Of a stretch of DNA of 64,000 bases, positions 61,763-64,000 are shown in pieces. The notes below the pieces were generated by a model. The model worked only from the letters and a program-made list of their open reading frames with translations, ran no database searches and was not told the origin of the DNA. The translations under genes were made by a program, and so were the position numbers. The stretch is from positions 64,001-128,000 of the forward strand of contig CAWAOD010000006.1 in NCBI GenBank assembly GCA_963783575.1. The letters run 5' to 3'. The DNA comes from an uncultured Spirochaetota bacterium (GTDB taxonomy: Bacteria > Spirochaetota > Brevinematia > Brevinematales > JAOACQ01). Position 1 is the stretch's first letter; every line of letters begins with the position of its first letter.

Positions 61763-64000
61763 GTGAAGTTCGCAGAATATCTATCACGTGGCGACATCTC
61801 TTTGGCAATGGCTTCACGCATTGGTGTGGACATAGGTTCTCTCTTCTTGAAAGTAGCTTACCTCGATGCTAATAGTGCTTTGATCGGCGCGCAATACAAG
61901 CCCCACGGCGGTGAGCCTGAAGCGTACTTACAGCGAATCATTGCGCATTATCCGACCCGGTCTATCTCAATCACTGGATCAAGCCTTGATTTTAACATTG
62001 CCCGGGTTTTCCCACAACATGATCTCGTTAATGCAACCATTCAAGGGGTATTGCATTTGCGTCCAGATGTTCGTAATATCATCGACCTTGGGGCAAGCTC
62101 AGCGACCTTAATCGAGCTCGATAGCCGTGGTCGTTTCCGCTCGCTCAGCCAGAATACTTTGTGTGCCGCCGGTACCGGTTCCTTCATCGACGAGGAGTTG
62201 GCACGGTTAGGAATATCGTACGCCGATCTTGCAGCGTTGCCCGTTGTAAACAAACCACCAGTTATAGCTAGCCGTTGTGCTGTGTTTGCTAAGACGGATA
62301 TGATACACCGTCAGCAGGAAGGGCACAGTAAGAACGAGGTTCTAGAAGGCCTATGCCGAAGCATGCTGCGAACTTGTCTCGACGTCCTGCTCAAGAGCAA
62401 AACACTATATGGTCCGACAGCCTTGGTTGGTGGCATTGTGGAGAATCCGAAGATTGTCCGCTGGCTAAACCATGACTATCCAGTTGGAATAGTAGCCATA
62501 GCGCTCGGTCCTATTGTGAGTGCCCTGGGTGCCGGACTGATAATGGGAGAGTCGGCAAAAGCCACTGTATTTTCGGTAAATACAAAGAGCGTACTACCAC
62601 AAAGGCCATTGCTCAAAATGACTCGCACTCACTATCCCTCTTGGGAGACATATGCCAGTCATCTTGAAGAAGGCACCGAGGTACGTGAACTTGTGAAACT
62701 TGTACCGGGCCGGCTTCAAGCCTATGTCGGACTTGATATAGGCTCAACGAGTACCAAAGCTGTGGTTATGGACTGTGAAGGTCGGTTGCTACTCGATCTC
62801 TATCGTAAGACTCAGGGCGATCCGGTGAGCGCCACAAGGAAACTATTTGAGATTCTTGAACGAATAATTCTTGCCCACGGGCTTATGTTTGAAGTTCTTG
62901 GTATTGGTACAACTGGATCGGGACGCAAGCTAATTGGGGAGCTAATTGGCGCCGATCTCGTGGTCAATGAAGTGTCGGCACATGCCTTGGGTGCAGCGTG
63001 GCACTCTCCGGACATCACCACTGTCTTTGAGATTGGTGGTCAAGACGCTAAGTACCTACGGTTATGGAATGGGCATGTCATCGATTCGAATATGAATTAC
63101 GTTTGTGCTGCTGGCACAGGTTCATTTGTTGAGGAGCAGGCACGTAAACTTAGCTATAAAATTGAAGACATTGGTGATGCCGTGCTCGGTATTTCACCAC
63201 CTATCACTTCTGATCGATGTACCATCTTCATGGAGCAGGATATCCGCAAACTCTTGCGGCAAGGAGCAACTCGTGCGGAGGTACTAGCCGCAACGATCTA
63301 CTCAGTAATCCAGAACTATCTCGCCAAGGTTGTCGGCAATCGGCCGGTTGACGGTGAACGCGTAATGTTCGTCGGCGCGACTGCACGTAACAAAGGATTA
63401 GTGGCAGCAATAGAGCAATTGCTTGGCGTCGAGGTAGTGGTCCCTTCATACTGTCATGTTATGGGTGCGGTTGGTGTGTGCCTCGAACTTGCTGAAGTGA
63501 GCCTCAAAACACGTGAACCATCAAAGTTTCGCGGCTTTGCTGCAATGCAAGAAGAAGTTAACCTTTACGACCAAGACTGCAATTTATGTACAAACTTCTG
63601 CCGTATTACCGAGTTGCAGACGCCCAGCCTGCATGAAAAGGTGTCATGGGGTTACATGTGCGGGCGTGAGCCATCGGCAGTTCGGCAACGTGAGATTCCA
63701 GGACTCGCTCTTATGCGGCAGCGTGATCGACTTTTACAAAGCTACAAACGCCCTATTAAATCAGGGCGTCCGACCATTGGAATTCCGATGTCGCTCGCCA
63801 CATACCAGTTCTTACCGTTATGGTCGGCATTCTTTGATCAACTTGGTTACAATCTAGTGGTCTCTCGCCCCTCCAGTAGCATGACGCGGTTGCGAGGTGA
63901 CAATCTTGCAGCTCCGGACTTTTGCTTTCCTGCGAAGGTAAGCTTAGGTCATGTGGCTGACTTACTTGATAACGCACAGGTAGACCACATCTTTTTACCA
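61763..64000 (+). CDS. 2-hydroxyacyl-CoA dehydratase activase: tandem BadF/BadG/BcrA/BcrD ATPase domains plus DUF2229-like region; truncated by the window edge
   Basis: Hand translation from GTG 61763 after AGGAGG: GVDIGS, CAAGTGSF, RCAVFAK, GLDIGSTSTK, EIGGQDAK, CAAGTGSF, CNLCTNFC, CFPAKVSLGHV. No stop seen, which probably explains its absence from the ORF track. Confidence 0.9.
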   Translation, partial: MKFAEYLSRGDISLAMASRIGVDIGSLFLKVAYLDANSALIGAQYKPHGGEPEAYLQRIIAHYPTRSISITGSSLDFNIARVFPQHDLVNATIQGVLHLRPDVRNIIDLGASSATLIELDSRGRFRSLSQNTLCAAGTGSFIDEELARLGISYADLAALPVVNKPPVIASRCAVFAKTDMIHRQQEGHSKNEVLEGLCRSMLRTCLDVLLKSKTLYGPTALVGGIVENPKIVRWLNHDYPVGIVAIALGPIVSALGAGLIMGESAKATVFSVNTKSVLPQRPLLKMTRTHYPSWETYASHLEEGTEVRELVKLVPGRLQAYVGLDIGSTSTKAVVMDCEGRLLLDLYRKTQGDPVSATRKLFEILERIILAHGLMFEVLGIGTTGSGRKLIGELIGADLVVNEVSAHALGAAWHSPDITTVFEIGGQDAKYLRLWNGHVIDSNMNYVCAAGTGSFVEEQARKLSYKIEDIGDAVLGISPPITSDRCTIFMEQDIRKLLRQGATRAEVLAATIYSVIQNYLAKVVGNRPVDGERVMFVGATARNKGLVAAIEQLLGVEVVVPSYCHVMGAVGVCLELAEVSLKTREPSKFRGFAAMQEEVNLYDQDCNLCTNFCRITELQTPSLHEKVSWGYMCGREPSAVRQREIPGLALMRQRDRLLQSYKRPIKSGRPTIGIPMSLATYQFLPLWSAFFDQLGYNLVVSRPSSSMTRLRGDNLAAPDFCFPAKVSLGHVADLLDNAQVDHIFLP

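Noticed and set aside
61911..63977. Short ORFs listed in the track at the right end
   Set aside because: They are shadows of the long activase frame starting at 61763.

Overview
AT-rich bacterial chromosomal window. The many Asn/Thr/Ser-rich lipoproteins and the FecR/PEGA proteins suggest a spirochaete-like anaerobe, but this is a weak inference. (1) 1-15 kb: a surface-lipoprotein locus with an ECF sigma/FecR anti-sigma operon and six related LamG-like modules ending in EGGW, recombined in mosaic fashion among four genes plus an orphan 3' fragment. (2) 15-33.8 kb: housekeeping and accessory genes (GT4, NagD-like HAD, murI, AbrB-FliG_C fusion, TetR, BtrH-like, cysteine synthase). One serine hydrolase has a ~228-bp internal segment in inverted orientation. 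(3) 33.8-41.4 kb: two diverged ~340-nt structured non-coding elements with covarying stems and a 3' triplex-type motif. They face outward around a REP cluster, a SIR2-like gene and a ~1100-aa helical-protein gene (candidate anti-phage module). The left copy is split by an intact IS1182-like element inserted in its hairpin loop. (4) 41.4-53.6 kb: an rsgA paralog with a leader peptide, an Eis-like GNAT, ALDH, ispA, dprA, aspS, a SPOR protein and a TPR protein. (5) 53.7-61.6 kb: a very AT-rich lipid cluster (2x pssA, 2x psd, CarS-like, YghO/bCerS-like GNAT, phosphonoacetaldehyde-reductase-like, PlsC). (6) A GC-richer CoA-dehydratase activase gene, absent from the ORF track, running off the right edge. 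Several single-base frameshifts suggest assembly indel errors. No rRNA, tRNA or CRISPR array was seen. All calls come from motif recognition by eye; no database searches were run.
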